From the NCBI GenBank assembly GCA_040954595.2, contig CM082582.2, positions 3,580,303 to 3,644,302 of the forward strand: a stretch of 64,000 nt of DNA. The letters are read 5' to 3'. The stretch is from Balanoglossus misakiensis. Its lineage: Eukaryota; Animalia; Hemichordata. Below, in pieces: positions 63,201 to 64,000 of this stretch. Every line of letters begins with the position of its first letter. Position 1 is the first letter of the stretch. Below the pieces are notes generated by a model. The model worked only from the letters and a program-made list of their open reading frames with translations, did no database searches and was not told where the DNA came from. Made by a program: the position numbers and the translations under genes.

Positions 63201-64000
63201 AATAAAATAAAAAGCGTTTATTAAATACCCACTGAGGACCTAGGACCTTCATGTTAAGGCCTTCAACTCTATGTTCAATCATTCTTAGGCACAGTGTTTT
63301 AACCTTTTATCTTCATGCATATGAAAATTTTCCAAAGAACACAGTCGGACTCGCACATCATAATTCCCAACACCATTTTTTCTGCCTCTTACTTATCACT
63401 TCAACAAAACCATACTTTAATATGTGACTTGGTATCTGCAACTGTTGAAGACGTAAATAAATTACCATATGATCAAAACTGCCAATGATTGAATAGACTC
63501 TCAGGGTTTTTAAGTATACGACTAGTAGGGAGAAATCAATTTATATCCACACATTCATCATACGCAGATGTACGGATAGCACACTCACACAGAAGTCAGT
63601 ATACTCGGAAAACTTTTTGGAATAAAATTACTACAACTCAACGATTGTATGCATAATTCTAAGGGGTCATCAGTCCCAGATATCCTTTGAGACAGTCGCA
63701 GATAGCAACTTGCGACAGAAGTGCAACTCGCACTTTCAGTCGCAGATAGCCTTCTGCGGCACCTCTATATAAATGAACAGTCAGTCACACTAACCAGTTG
63801 ATAATTGTACCTTACCTGCAAATTCACCAGGTCAGGGTCATTTTCTGGAGATTCCTTGATGAGATCTTTCAGAAGCAGAGCATATTTGCCCATTCGCTGT
63901 GTTGGTTTCAGTAAATAGCTGGCCAGATCCATTTTGTCACCAAGTTCACACTGTTTAGTTTTGAAGAAACTGCCATGTTCTGCCAGAAGAGCATCTGACT
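57279..64000 (-). CDS. PLEKHG4: 3' part of a PLEKHG4/PLEKHG4B (puratrophin-1)-like DH-PH Rho guanine nucleotide exchange factor; runs off the window
   Basis: Exons (-): 64000-63816 ([37 protein letters not shown]), 63126-63049 ([21 protein letters not shown]), 61909-61739 ([31 protein letters not shown]), 61301-61124 ([24 protein letters not shown]), 60562-60446 ([17 protein letters not shown]), 59842-59603 ([15 protein letters not shown]), 58860-58724. The terminal exon is uncertain (57854-57789 or 57284-57279). Confidence 0.9.
58277..58594. mobile_element. Degenerate TA-flanked Tc1/pogo-like MITE
   Basis: tactgtcaaacctcgataaagacgaac ... ttcgtattaacaaggttcgactgta. Confidence 0.55.
60886..61044. 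mobile_element. Fold-back element with TTAGGG-containing TIRs
   Basis: gtggcgaaggttagcattagggtta ... taaccctaaccctaatgctaaccatcgccac. Confidence 0.65.

Overview
AT-rich, intron-rich animal genomic DNA. It is probably from an invertebrate deuterostome such as a hemichordate, echinoderm or amphioxus-like animal; this is inferred from gene content and repeat style and was not tested. Four spliced genes can be rebuilt by hand from GT-AG boundaries and reading-frame phase. On +: (1) a 5-exon secreted EPN-type C-type lectin (3521-7520, 175 aa); (2) DPM1, 9 exons (10300-15936, 242 aa); (3) phospholipase C-gamma, 32 exons (18675-45921, ~1271 aa). On -, converging on PLC-gamma: (4) the 3' part of a PLEKHG4/puratrophin-like DH-PH RhoGEF. 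Introns and intergenic DNA hold LINE fragments, microsatellites and many short non-autonomous DNA transposons with TTAA, TA, TWA or 9-bp target-site duplications (TSDs). I found no CRISPR, rRNA or tRNA, and no convincing new protein-coding system. The most interesting signals are a set of unrelated TAG...CTA fold-back elements with 9-bp TSDs, a nested insertion whose empty site survives in a paralogous copy, and Harbinger-like elements that share a core but differ in their terminal inverted repeats (TIRs). Also notable are a strong excess of TACATGTA, possible alternative RhoGEF C-termini (one a PDZ ligand), and a furin site built across a lectin exon junction. All coordinates were read by eye and may be off by a few bases.
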